Positions 1 through 10,200 of a stretch of 64,000 bases of DNA are shown here, piece by piece (position 1 is the first letter of the stretch; each line of letters begins with the position of its first letter). The translations under genes and the position numbers were made by a program. Origin of the DNA: Selaginella moellendorffii (taxonomy: Eukaryota; Plantae; Lycopodiophyta). Location of the stretch: assembly GCF_000143415.4 (NCBI RefSeq), contig NW_003314339.1:737751-801750 (forward strand). The letters run 5' to 3'. The notes under the pieces are model-generated. The model searched no databases and had not been told where the DNA came from. It saw nothing but the letters and a program-made list of their open reading frames with translations.

Positions 1-134
1 TCCTTGGTTCGCCTAGCCGCTGCACCGTTAGTCCGGCTTGCCGGACTATGTCTGCAGCCACAAAATTATCTGAAGCACCCGTGTCAATAAGGATCTTAAC
101 ACAGCTACCTCCGAGCTTCCCTCGGAGGGCTAGT
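1..134 (-). pseudogene. pol: Ty3/Gypsy (family A) aspartic protease fragment flanking DNA transposon copy 1
   Basis: Reverse complement encodes LALRGKLGGSCVKILIDTGASDNFVAADIV (DTG protease motif). It is near-identical to 63916-64000 and homologous to 29208-29329. Confidence 0.9.
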
Positions 135-158
135 AAGCTCTATTTCGTTAAAGTGGGA
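135..158 (+). repeat. Terminal inverted repeat (transposase-side end), copy 1
   Basis: AAGCTCTATTTCGTTAAAGTGGGA. Confidence 0.95.
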
Positions 159-794
159 TTTATTCAGTAAAATGGGACTAGGTACAAATTTTCAAGTATT
201 TGAAAATGACGTGAAATTATATGTTTTTTGTCCAGGGGCTAGACATATCTGGGGCATGGTGACTAGCGCGGTGACCTTATGTCCAGACTGAGTCCATCTA
301 GTTGTATAATAAATCTCATTGTCAAGGTGAACAAGCCGAATCTGAAGCTAAAGAAGAGCGATGGCATGCGCGCACACACTATTTGTTTGTTCATTGAGCG
401 TGTGGTGAGCTTTCCAAGATGAACATCATTCCTATTAGCCAGACATATAACTTAATGGTGAGAACATTTAGATATTATTCAATGTTATCTTTTTCTAACG
501 AATCTAATTGTGAAGGTGTAGCAAGAGGCATTGCTAGTCTGGAGAAGTCATTTAACTCATTTGACCCTTAGTGTATTTTCATGAAACTAAATAACATTCA
601 TATTATTAAGGAATTTCTCTAGTACCTTTTTTTTACGACATAGAGGCTTGCATTTCTTTCAAAGGTGATTTAGTAAAAGGCCTGAGGGCACATGCCATTC
701 TATTTCTCAGACCGGTATTAAGATATACTAGTGCAAAGGGAAAAAGGTATTTGGTGATCAAGTAAATGGCATGAGGGCACACGCCATTATAAGC

Positions 795-1154
795 CTAAGC
801 GCTAGTGGACACCTCCTTTTTGGTACTCTCAGCGGTACTATCATCCTTCTCCGGGTCAATTGTTTTGCTTTGGATTGTTGTCTCTGACGTTACTGGGGCG
901 TTCTCGATAGTTGTTAATGTTGCCGTTTGTTCAGAAAAATGATCACCTGGAGTATAGTACGGGGAGTTTGGAAGACTTATATATTCTACATCTTCACGTA
1001 TCTCCTTGTCCGTCTCCTTTTCTGCCTCACTTACAGATTTTGTGCTTGCCATGAGAACGCTCTTCACCCTAAAATATGGAGTTCGTTGTGTTATAAAAGG
1101 AAACCAACACACACGCTGCAAGGGAATGATGGTACATAAAGCACGTAAGCCCAC
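795..1154 (-). CDS. Small acidic/Thr-rich ORF or exon of unknown function downstream of the transposase
   Basis: ORF is open in all three copies (29990-30349, 62896-63255), with a TTTTAG acceptor-like site upstream of MASTKS. The copies are young, so conservation is weak evidence. Confidence 0.25.
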   Translation of the reverse strand: MGLRALCTIIPLQRVCWFPFITQRTPYFRVKSVLMASTKSVSEAEKETDKEIREDVEYISLPNSPYYTPGDHFSEQTATLTTIENAPVTSETTIQSKTIDPEKDDSTAESTKKEVSTSA

Positions 1155-1340
1155 AATATGGGTTTATGTGCCATTAATATGGGCCACACGCCATATTATT
1201 AGATTTATGCACGTGTGATTGGTAAATGCATATGTCACATCATCTTTGTTTTACCTCACACACTATATCAAGCCTCCTCTGATTCAGATTCGGATTGTTC
1301 ACCTTGAAATAAAATACATTAGAAACTTTGTAAAGGAATA

Positions 1341-4300
1341 TTAATGAATCTCACCTTGAACCCGAGTTATGAATGCTCTTGCTGCATCTCTTGCATGGTC
1401 TGGCAAGGTGATGGTGGCACTCTGCTTCCGCATCCAACCATGCACAACATTATCCACCGATATGCTCATGCTGGGATCCCTTGGATTCAGCACCCATCTC
1501 TTTTCTAGGCAATCCTTCGTATATCCGGAACTTGGCTTGAACCACTCCACAGTTACATTGAAGGAGTTAGTTTCCGCGTCCTCCTTTGCATCAGTGATGC
1601 AGCACCCCACCCATATCATTTGTTTTTTATTACTGGGTCTGACAAGCACGACCATTCCTTTGCAGACCTGTACTGGATTGAATGCTGAATCCGGCTTCTT
1701 GTTCCTCGGCCCACAATAGTGATCCTCAACATCGTTATCTGTCACTGCATTTCCAGAGGACATTGTTCCGCTACTATCTGGTGCTCTGGGTTCTGGCCAA
1801 AAGGACTCTTCCAATTCTTCATATACAACCGGCCCATTTTGGATAGCAGATATAATCTTCTCCCAGTATTCAAGCAAAGGCTTGCACCTCTTAAAATAGG
1901 ATTCTCCACCAAACACCAACCCCCTCTTCCAGAAGGCAATATGCTGTCTAATCCCGGCCACTATACTTTCCTGGTCTTTGAGTCCATCCGGGTGCATCGG
2001 CCGTGGGGAACCCTGAGGAATCATAGGTTCCCCAGTTATGGGATCTCTTTTGAAGAGTTCAATGCCGTCCACTGGCAGCCACACTGTGTCCCATTCTCTC
2101 ATCTTGTACCTCATCACTGGAGCACCGTCACACATGCTGAAATGAAACTGAAGAGGCTTGGAGTGGCCAATCAGCGTTTCGGATCCATCCCTGATGTAGC
2201 CTCTTACAAACCCCTTAAAGTCTGGAACCTCTGTCAGAAGTGCAGCTTCAACAGTGCCTTTGATGCAATTTTGGAATTCATCGTAGAGTTGTGGGAGGGT
2301 GAGGACATTGGATCGCCGGAGGGACTCTGCCAGGTGACTGAACATGGCATCGACGTCTTCATGAGTGTGCCCAACCATGAGAAAGCCAAGTGTAACCGTT
2401 TCAAATATGCCTTTGGCAACAAGCATCGCCAAGTACGCGAAGACGTACATGTTTTTGTTCTCACTGCCAGCATTGTCTGTTTGGAGCAGAAGATGGGGTG
2501 GAAGGCCACATCGGCCGCAAGAACTTCCTTGAGATTCTGCTTCGTTTGGATGAGGCTGTGCATTCACCGGGCGACCAGCCTCGTCGGAATGGCATGAGGC
2601 CTCACGTGATAACCCTACAATCTGACGGCCAACATATTCACTGGGATGGCATGGGGCCCCACGCGATACTGCAAGCCTTTGCTCCTCCTCCAGCTGAACC
2701 CTGTATGGGGTTCGATCGACAAGGGCCTTATGCAAGGGTTGGCCGTTCAGCTCAGTCTGCGCACTTTGCAGAGACCTTAAGTGTTTTGCTAGGGACGCAA
2801 TCATCATGTTTGCACCCCCGCCACCCCATAGAGGTACAAAGAAGTTCCCATAGTTCTGGGCACCATGCCCATGAGCGATTATGCCAAACAAAGACACAGG
2901 CAGCTGCATGGATGAAGAGATTGCCTTGGGGGCAGGATTGAGTCGAGGTAAGCACGTCTTTTTCTGGTCCATTTTGTCGTGGATGATGCAGAGGTAAGAG
3001 TCAGGTCTCTCCATGGAGAGAATCCTGTTATGATAATATGCAGTCCTGCAGCTTCTCTGCTCGATGTTGTGGTCGAGCCGCCTTCTAACCAACGTCTCTC
3101 GCTCTTGAGCGCTGCAAGAATTCTTCGACAAAGCCATTTTGATAGCAGTGCACTCGTCACACTTTGAAAAGCTGGAGTACTTTCCTATACTCACATCCCT
3201 GAACCTGTTGCTCCACAATCTACTAAATCTAGATTGGCTCAGCTTCCTGTAGCCATTACTCTGGAGTTCCCGATTCACATCTTCCAATATGGCCCCCTTG
3301 GTATACATGGAAGGGAGAACTCGTTGGGTGTCTCGTGTTCCATCTTCCAAGAGGCGGGTTTTATGTGGTTGCTGCTCGCTACATGTCTCGACAAACCTCT
3401 TGAAGATTGCCTCTCCATATACAACATGACCCCTGGTTTTGTGCGTACCGTCGTTCCCATGGACTGCCTGTTGAACCCTTTGTTCCTCGAACTCAGTTTT
3501 GATTCTGTAGAATGTGGTTCGAGGGACTCCATAAATGATTCTCCATGCCTTCATGCAGACCAAACCCCTCTGGAAGACCATGCCCCCCACCTGATGTTCT
3601 GAAGCATCAACAGATGACCGTAATGCCTCATACACAAAATTGCGAGCTGCCTTCCAGGACAATGTCTTGTATCTTGCTCTCTCCTCTTCAATAGCATCCC
3701 AATCAGCATGTTGACAGCACCTCCTCTTGCAACAAGCAACTGTCGAGACCATTCGAACCTCCATCGCCATTTTCTGCCTTTTCGGTTCGTTGCTCAGATC
3801 CCTTTGGCTGCGCTTTAGGAAGGTGTACTTTCTTTTCCCATGAAGAGATGTTCTGTCATCAGTTGTAGTGGTGTTTGATTGTGAATCCTTCACATTCTCA
3901 AACACTAAGTGCCTCAATTTCCACCGCACAATGCGTCCACTAGTCAGATTGTTTTCTTCTGTGTCAACAACCTCTAAAATCGCAACTCCAATATCATCCC
4001 AGCCCAATTCTTGATTAGCAACCGCATCTCTTGGATCGACAACTGTGGCTAAGCCCTCAGCTACCACCTCCCCCTCGGGGTTGTTTAGAAACACCTTTGC
4101 CTGAATCCATGTAGCACGGTTTTTAAGATCCACGGAGGGAACATGCGTCGCACTTGCGCTGTCCCCAACATCTGCTTTCTTCTGAAGATTTTTCAAGGCA
4201 ACAACAACATTTACCCCGATGACCATCTCTCCTTGTTCAATAGCGACCACATTCCCATCGAAGACAGTCTCTACTGATACAGCAGCATTGCCTTCCCCAA

Positions 4301-4409
4301 GCCTTTGACAGTGTATAACAAAGTTCCGATCCATAGACACAAGGGTCCCTTTTGCAACTCTCTTCCCACCATTCAAAATGTAAACCTTTTCCCCAACCCT
4401 GAAGGCCAT
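1341..4409 (-). CDS. Sola-like DDD transposase, 1022 aa (probably ends in a spliced last exon 1268-1302, GEQSESESEEA*)
   Basis: Motifs CCxxxCC, VCxxAWxxIYG, HGN, FSKCDEC, IIHDKMDQ, QTDNAGSENKN and FLMVGHTHEDVDAMFS, typical of Sola-type transposases. Lies inside a TIR element with 4-bp TSDs. GT-AG intron at 1303-1354. Confidence 0.85.
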   Translation of the reverse strand: MAFRVGEKVYILNGGKRVAKGTLVSMDRNFVIHCQRLGEGNAAVSVETVFDGNVVAIEQGEMVIGVNVVVALKNLQKKADVGDSASATHVPSVDLKNRATWIQAKVFLNNPEGEVVAEGLATVVDPRDAVANQELGWDDIGVAILEVVDTEENNLTSGRIVRWKLRHLVFENVKDSQSNTTTTDDRTSLHGKRKYTFLKRSQRDLSNEPKRQKMAMEVRMVSTVACCKRRCCQHADWDAIEEERARYKTLSWKAARNFVYEALRSSVDASEHQVGGMVFQRGLVCMKAWRIIYGVPRTTFYRIKTEFEEQRVQQAVHGNDGTHKTRGHVVYGEAIFKRFVETCSEQQPHKTRLLEDGTRDTQRVLPSMYTKGAILEDVNRELQSNGYRKLSQSRFSRLWSNRFRDVSIGKYSSFSKCDECTAIKMALSKNSCSAQERETLVRRRLDHNIEQRSCRTAYYHNRILSMERPDSYLCIIHDKMDQKKTCLPRLNPAPKAISSSMQLPVSLFGIIAHGHGAQNYGNFFVPLWGGGGANMMIASLAKHLRSLQSAQTELNGQPLHKALVDRTPYRVQLEEEQRLAVSRGAPCHPSEYVGRQIVGLSREASCHSDEAGRPVNAQPHPNEAESQGSSCGRCGLPPHLLLQTDNAGSENKNMYVFAYLAMLVAKGIFETVTLGFLMVGHTHEDVDAMFSHLAESLRRSNVLTLPQLYDEFQNCIKGTVEAALLTEVPDFKGFVRGYIRDGSETLIGHSKPLQFHFSMCDGAPVMRYKMREWDTVWLPVDGIELFKRDPITGEPMIPQGSPRPMHPDGLKDQESIVAGIRQHIAFWKRGLVFGGESYFKRCKPLLEYWEKIISAIQNGPVVYEELEESFWPEPRAPDSSGTMSSGNAVTDNDVEDHYCGPRNKKPDSAFNPVQVCKGMVVLVRPSNKKQMIWVGCCITDAKEDAETNSFNVTVEWFKPSSGYTKDCLEKRWVLNPRDPSMSISVDNVVHGWMRKQSATITLPDHARDAARAFITRVQGEIH

Positions 4410-4775
4410 TCTGAAAGTGTAGAAAAGAAGTTAAGACCATACAAAAAATAATTGGAGAATGGCCTAAATCATAACATACCAAACAACCTCAATAGCATGA
4501 GGCCACATGCCATTATTCAAACATGCTATTGACACCCACGTGAAATTTCGCATTCACAAAATTGGCATGAGGCCTCATGCCATCTTGATATACACACAGC
4601 TGCAGGCAAGTAAAAACATACATGACAATACGCTAGCCATGAAATTGCAAGGGCCCAAGATGGCATGTGGCCTCATGCCATTTCTAAATGTGGTCCTAAG
4701 CCATTCCATGGTGAACATACCAGGAAGCACAAGTGCCGAATATCAAGAGGAAGCGGTAGCCACACCAAAGACAGT

Positions 4776-4850
4776 GCCGCTCGCAACACCGCAACTACTC
4801 GTAGCGCCGCTCACAACACCGCAACTGCTCGTAGCGCCGCTCGCACAAAC
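4776..4850 (+). repeat. 30-bp tandem repeat (~2.5 units) upstream of the transposase
   Basis: GCCGCTCRCAACACCGCAACTRCTCGTAGC repeated; also present in copies 2 and 3. Confidence 0.8.
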
Positions 4851-5321
4851 TGCCACTCGCATAAACTGCCGCTCGCAATGGCGCTCGCAATGCCGCAACC
4901 GCTCGTAGACGCATAAACCACAGCCCACAACGCCGCTTACACAAGCAGCGCTCACTGCGCTCAGCGGAACCAAGAACACGGCGCACAAAAATGATAGACC
5001 TAGGAATGAGTTCGAGAATTCAAAAATAACACACGCTTGAACGTCACATCAAATCCTCTGACAAACCAGATCTTATGATTCCTCTGACAAATTTCAAACT
5101 GAGTAGCTTCTAGACTTTGCTGTCGGAGGTTGAACTTTGTCACATCATGTCCTTGCCTCGATCCAGCTGTGCCATGTCAGTGATTCGAACTTTGCCATGC
5201 CATGTCAGCGATCCGCGCCAAGATTATTCGCCGTGTAAAGGAATAATTACGCTGTGTGTGTACGTCCATTTATGGCAATATAAGGCCACACGCCATTCAA
5301 AGAATAATGCTAGTCGAGCAT

Positions 5322-6590
5322 TTTTTGGTGCATTTTTGGGTTCAAAATTGCATGAGCCCACACGCTATAAAGTTTACCTGTACCAAAAATAGAAACAGCT
5401 TTATTTACTTGGGAATTTAAGTGGTTGAGGCATTTTTAAACTTACAAACACATGCCCTACTTACATTCCTTTGGTTGCCTAAAATTCAAAAATATTATAA
5501 ACCTTTCTTTTTGCATTTTCAATGTTTTCAATTATGGTTTTTGATTTTCGTAGGACCAGCCTAGTAATCTATTTGCATCCCGTCATGTTTATAGCTAGCT
5601 TTCGTTTGTCCCCTTCGCTAGCCTGAGATACATCTGCTCGGCATCTGCCTCTTACAGCATTTGCCCAGAAAGGGCATCTTTCTTCACGCAGCATTTGCCA
5701 CATGTTTAGGGTTTAGGGTTTAGGGTTTAGCAATTCAGTAGCTTGATAAACATGCAAATACAAAACTTGATGCAAAATCCTTTGATATGTCACAATGCCC
5801 CTAGGACCATAAACACATTTCAATAGAGAGGGTCCTTTCATTTCATAACTCCTTACGTAGATCTTGGTGAAACCAGAGTTAGTGAAGTTAGTTTCTTGTG
5901 ATCCCGCATCTGATTGTGATGTCCCTTTGCAGTTTCGATGGAAAGGTCAATGCACACCAAACTGTAAAATCTTGGAGCAAAATAACGGTCGGATCTATGG
6001 CAAATGCCCCTGAAACATTGTAAGGCTCGTGTGGTCTCATGTGGTGTCCGATCGAGATGCTTCTTTGCAGGGTCATCAAGAAAGACATTGTATACCATTC
6101 TGTAAAATCTAGTTGGATCTCCAGAAAACTCAAAAAAATCTCGCGCGTGTCAGAATATCCTAGGAATATACTCCTATGTGCCCCTGAAAATGGCATGCGG
6201 CCCCACGCCATTCAAGAGATAATGCCAGATGACGCCGAGAATTTTTTGGTGCATTTTTTGGGTTCAAAATTGCATGAGCCCACACGCTATAAAGTTTATC
6301 TTTGCCAAATAGAGAAAAGTTTATCTGTGTCATGTGAAGTAGTTACAGTCCTTTGTGCTCGGCATCTGCCTCTTGCAGCATTTGCACTGAAAGGGAATTT
6401 TTCTCCATTCAGCATTTGGCCCTGAAAATGGCATGCGCCCACACGCCATTCAAGGAATAACGCCACAGGACGCCTGGATTTTTGGGTTTAAAATGTTTAG
6501 GGTTTTTTGGGTTTTTTCAAAATATTTTGGGTCCAACGTTTTTTGGGTTTCTTTGGTTCAAAATTGCATGAGCCCACACGCTATAATATT
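5322..6590 (+). repeat. Three dispersed ~50-bp direct repeats in the divergent intergenic region
   Basis: TTGGGTTCAAAATTGCATGAGCCCACACGCTATAA-like block at ~5335, ~6258 and ~6553. Confidence 0.8.
5705..5730 (+). repeat. Plant telomere-type (TTTAGGG)n tract / telo-box cluster
   Basis: TTTAGGG x3 plus TTTAG; one unit longer in copy 3 (~56726-56759) and one unit mutated in copy 2 (~32923-32948). Confidence 0.85.
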
Positions 6591-7299
6591 GATTTGAGAG
6601 AAAAATAGAAACAGATAGAATTTCTTTATTTAGCTGAACATCTGCCATTTTTGGAAATACAAGATGCTTTGGAATATCCAATCATGCATGGTATAAATAT
6701 AGCGAGGGTATTAAATGATATCCCAATCATGATCTTTCTTTTGGATTTCGCGTGCATGCAGTCCGAGGAATGATGACGTTGCGGATTTCTTTTGGATTTT
6801 GCGTGCTTGCATGCGCGCGGCAATCCAGAAATTAATGGTGGCGCCCAAGTTCGAGGAATGATGACGTGGCGGGATTACCAACCGTTGTGACATTTCGCGC
6901 GTGTGAGGTTAGGTTTTGCATTTTGCTTCGTACTCGCGCTCGCGCTCGCATCACACTCGCGCTCCCGCTCGCATCGCGCTCCCACTCGCGATCACGCTCA
7001 CTTCTCTACAGGTTTCTCGTGTGCATCGGCGTCCACTCGTGCTTGCATCACACTCGCGCTCGCATCGCGCTCGTGTGCATCGGCGTCCACTTCAAGACAC
7101 ACCCAGTTTGTAACTTCGCCGCCAACTCCGCCGCCCACTCCACCACCCACACGCAGCCCACTTGGCGTCCCGGGAGATTTCAACACCACTCTCCAACTGT
7201 AAGTGGCAGAGTAGCCTTGCTGCTACGATCCGCTGCACACACAGTGCACATTCGCCAGCGAGTCCGGCCTCGATTGTCACGGCCTCCATTCGGCTTCAA

Positions 7300-10200
7300 A
7301 TGGTAAGTCTTTTAGACCAAGTAGAAAATGGCATGAGGCCACATGCCATTCAGTAGCAACATTGGCATGCACCGATTGGGCTCTCGAGTGCAGTCCGGTT
7401 ACAGATGGCGTGTAGCCTCACGCCATCTTAGGATGCAGCCTCAAGACATCTGATGCAGTGGTGAATGGCGTGTGGCCTCACGTTATTTCCAGCTGCTAGC
7501 TTTTCATCTGTCAGCTCTAATTGTTGTGCATTTTTGAACAGGCGAGGAATTGCGTTCTTCTTCCAGCCACTGTCAATGTGGATGCAGAGAAGGGGGAGGA
7601 GCTCACCAGTTGGACTTTCGGGATGGAAGGCGAGGATCTGATGCTGTACAACACAGATGGTGGGAGAAAAGAATGCATGGGGATCCTCATCCAAGTGACA
7701 GACACTCCATGCAGTTCCATGCAAGAATATGGACTGGCACTTGTGGTAGAGACAGCGTCCGCCTTCAAGATCCACCTTGCACATCCTAGCGGCTTCCCGG
7801 AGGGGGGCAGCAGCTATGAGGAATTCCTAGAGGGAGCTAGGGAGAGGTTGTCCAGGAGGCCCACAATTTCAAAGACGCTGCGGGTCTATGAAGATCACAT
7901 GGAATCCACGGACCTCACCTGCGGCGATGTTCAAAAACTATATTCCAACATTGAGCCGTTGAGAGTGCCTCCAGTTTGCGAAGCGAAGGGGAAGGGGGTC
8001 GATCTGGAAACTACCCCGAAGCAGAAAAGGGTGGTCAAGCTCAAGCCGACGTCCGACTCTGCTGCTCCAAAAAAGAAGCTACTCGGTGATGCCATTGCCT
8101 CGGGTTCGAACACTACACCCACCAAAAAGAAGAGCCGCAAAGAGCAGAAAGAGCAAGAAGAGGCAGCAAAAATCGTCGCAGATAATAGTACTTGTTACTA
8201 TTCCAACAAAGTATATACAATCGACGTGAGCCGTATCGAGATCCAAAGCAAATACAACCACAGGCTAGTATCTGATGAGTGGGTGGAGAAACTGAAGCAG
8301 AAGATGCTGGCAAGTCCAGTAACACCCGACATCGCAGACGTGATCCCCTACTACCAAACAATGAAGGGCGAGACGAGGTTTCCAGACTTGATCAATAGGA
8401 AGGTGTTGGACGATCAGAACATCCGGTTCTATGCCGTCTCCAGGCAGCATTCTAGCTTGGCGATGCAACAGATAGTTGTGGATATTATGGTGGGCGAGGA
8501 GGTGAAGAAAGTCTTCAAGACAAGAGTTGTCCACCTGATAAAAGGCAACTCGCCCCTCCGATCTATCATATACATCTCCCACGCGCAGAATGTCAAGCAA
8601 GAAACGTGCTACAAATCGGGTCTGCACGAGACATTGGCATGAACACGGAAGCTCTGGGTTCAACTGAAGAAGCCACAAAAACCAGGACAAGGACGTGCAC
8701 TAGCAACTAGCGCCTGGCAGGTAAGCCTCGTTGCATGTGGCATAGCATGTGGCCTCACGCCATTTCCATTGCAGGAATTCTCGAGTCTTCTCTCGAAAAC
8801 ACTGGGGGTCAATGACACACTCAGCATCCATAACATTCTACTCGCGACAAAAGTTGTTTTTGACAAATGGGTAGATGTGCTAAGGAGGTACCATGACGGG
8901 GAGTTGCTAAACTCAATGGGTGTGGAGGACGGCCGGAAGCCCAATGATTTGAAGCTCAACGCCTTGCGTTTCTCGCGGTCTCTAGACGACGACGACCTTT
9001 TGACAGTGGCTAATACTCTTCTACGTAGTGAAGTAGTCTTCAACAAGACCAAAATGACTCCCGGCCATATTGTGACATACGAGGACTTGTGCACGACTTT
9101 GAGAGCTCGTGCGCTATTGAAGGATTGGATCTTCGAGCAAGTGGCCGTGGCGAGGGTGAGCATCGACACCACGCAAGAGATGATGGAAGAGCTGGACTTG
9201 TCAAATGAAGACATCGACGAGTACGTGAAGGGGGCCCCCAAGTTCATCGATCTGCTGCGGGATGCCACGAAAAGTAAAGCTGAGAAGTTGGATCAGTATC
9301 CAAATTTCATTAAGAGGGATGTCGACCGCCGGCTTCAGAAACAGCTCGACCCCGCAGCAGAGGCCTATCGAGAACCTTACCGGGTATACGTGAATTCGGA
9401 TGAGGATCAAAGGTGGAGGAGCATCGTTTCCCGCGGAGATGAGCAGGTCAAGAACATCTTTTGTGTGATGGACTTCACAAACGAGGAGATCACTCATGTA
9501 GACGAAGTCAGCTCCATCATTGACTTAATGGTGGGACTTGCGGAGGTGGAATCTTCAGTCCACTATATGATCTACGACTCCGAATCCTATCACAAGTTTT
9601 GGAAGGCCTTGAACGAGGTGAAGGATCGGTTGAAAGGCAAGGAGATGCGGGAGATCCATGGGATAATGGCTAAGAAGAAGATACCGACGAATGTCCGCAT
9701 CTTCACAGTCGCCCTTGTTATTGGTCCTGCAGCAGAGTGGGACTGGAGTGACTTCCCAGCTTCGTTCAACAAAGCCGATCGAATTGATCTGAGGGAGGTC
9801 AATTTACCCGTGCCTGAGGAACTGAAGACGGCTATGGAGCTTTCGAATCCAAGGAAAGCTCCAGGTGCAGCATGGGAAATGCTCAGCTGGGTCTTCAACG
9901 CAATAGCGGGTGACTCCAAGGGCAAATGCGTTGTCGAGTACAACTGCGGCGGACTATTCTTTCGAGCCGCACTACTCAAGGGTGTCCCGTGTGTTGCGGT
10001 GACAAACTCCATTGAAGAGGTGACTTCAATGGAGCATATAATTACAGTTGCCAAAGAAAAACAGTATCTTCTCTACGAACCTGGTGAGTACGCACTTTAA
10101 GTTTAAATGTTATCTCACAAGCTCTGTATGCAGGTGCGTGGCCACCCCCAGATGCTGAAACGGCGTTAACAGCTACTGATGTTAGGCCGAGGTCACAACC

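Noticed and set aside
1719-2597. Antisense ORFs overlapping the transposase, cargo gene and gag
   Set aside because: These are shadow frames of real coding sequence with no independent support.
1341-4409. CACTA, hAT, MULE or Harbinger assignment
   Set aside because: The termini are not CACTA, the TSD is 4 bp (not 3, 8, 9 or TWA), and the DN...NKN / GHTHE..D motifs fit Sola-like enzymes.
5705-5730. True telomere or chromosome-healing site
   Set aside because: Only 3-5 units, at the same internal position in all three transposon copies.
4507-7306. Short ORFs in the intergenic region (e.g. 4507-4908, 6866-7306)
   Set aside because: They are low-complexity or repeat-derived, have no recognisable domain, and some are disrupted in other copies.
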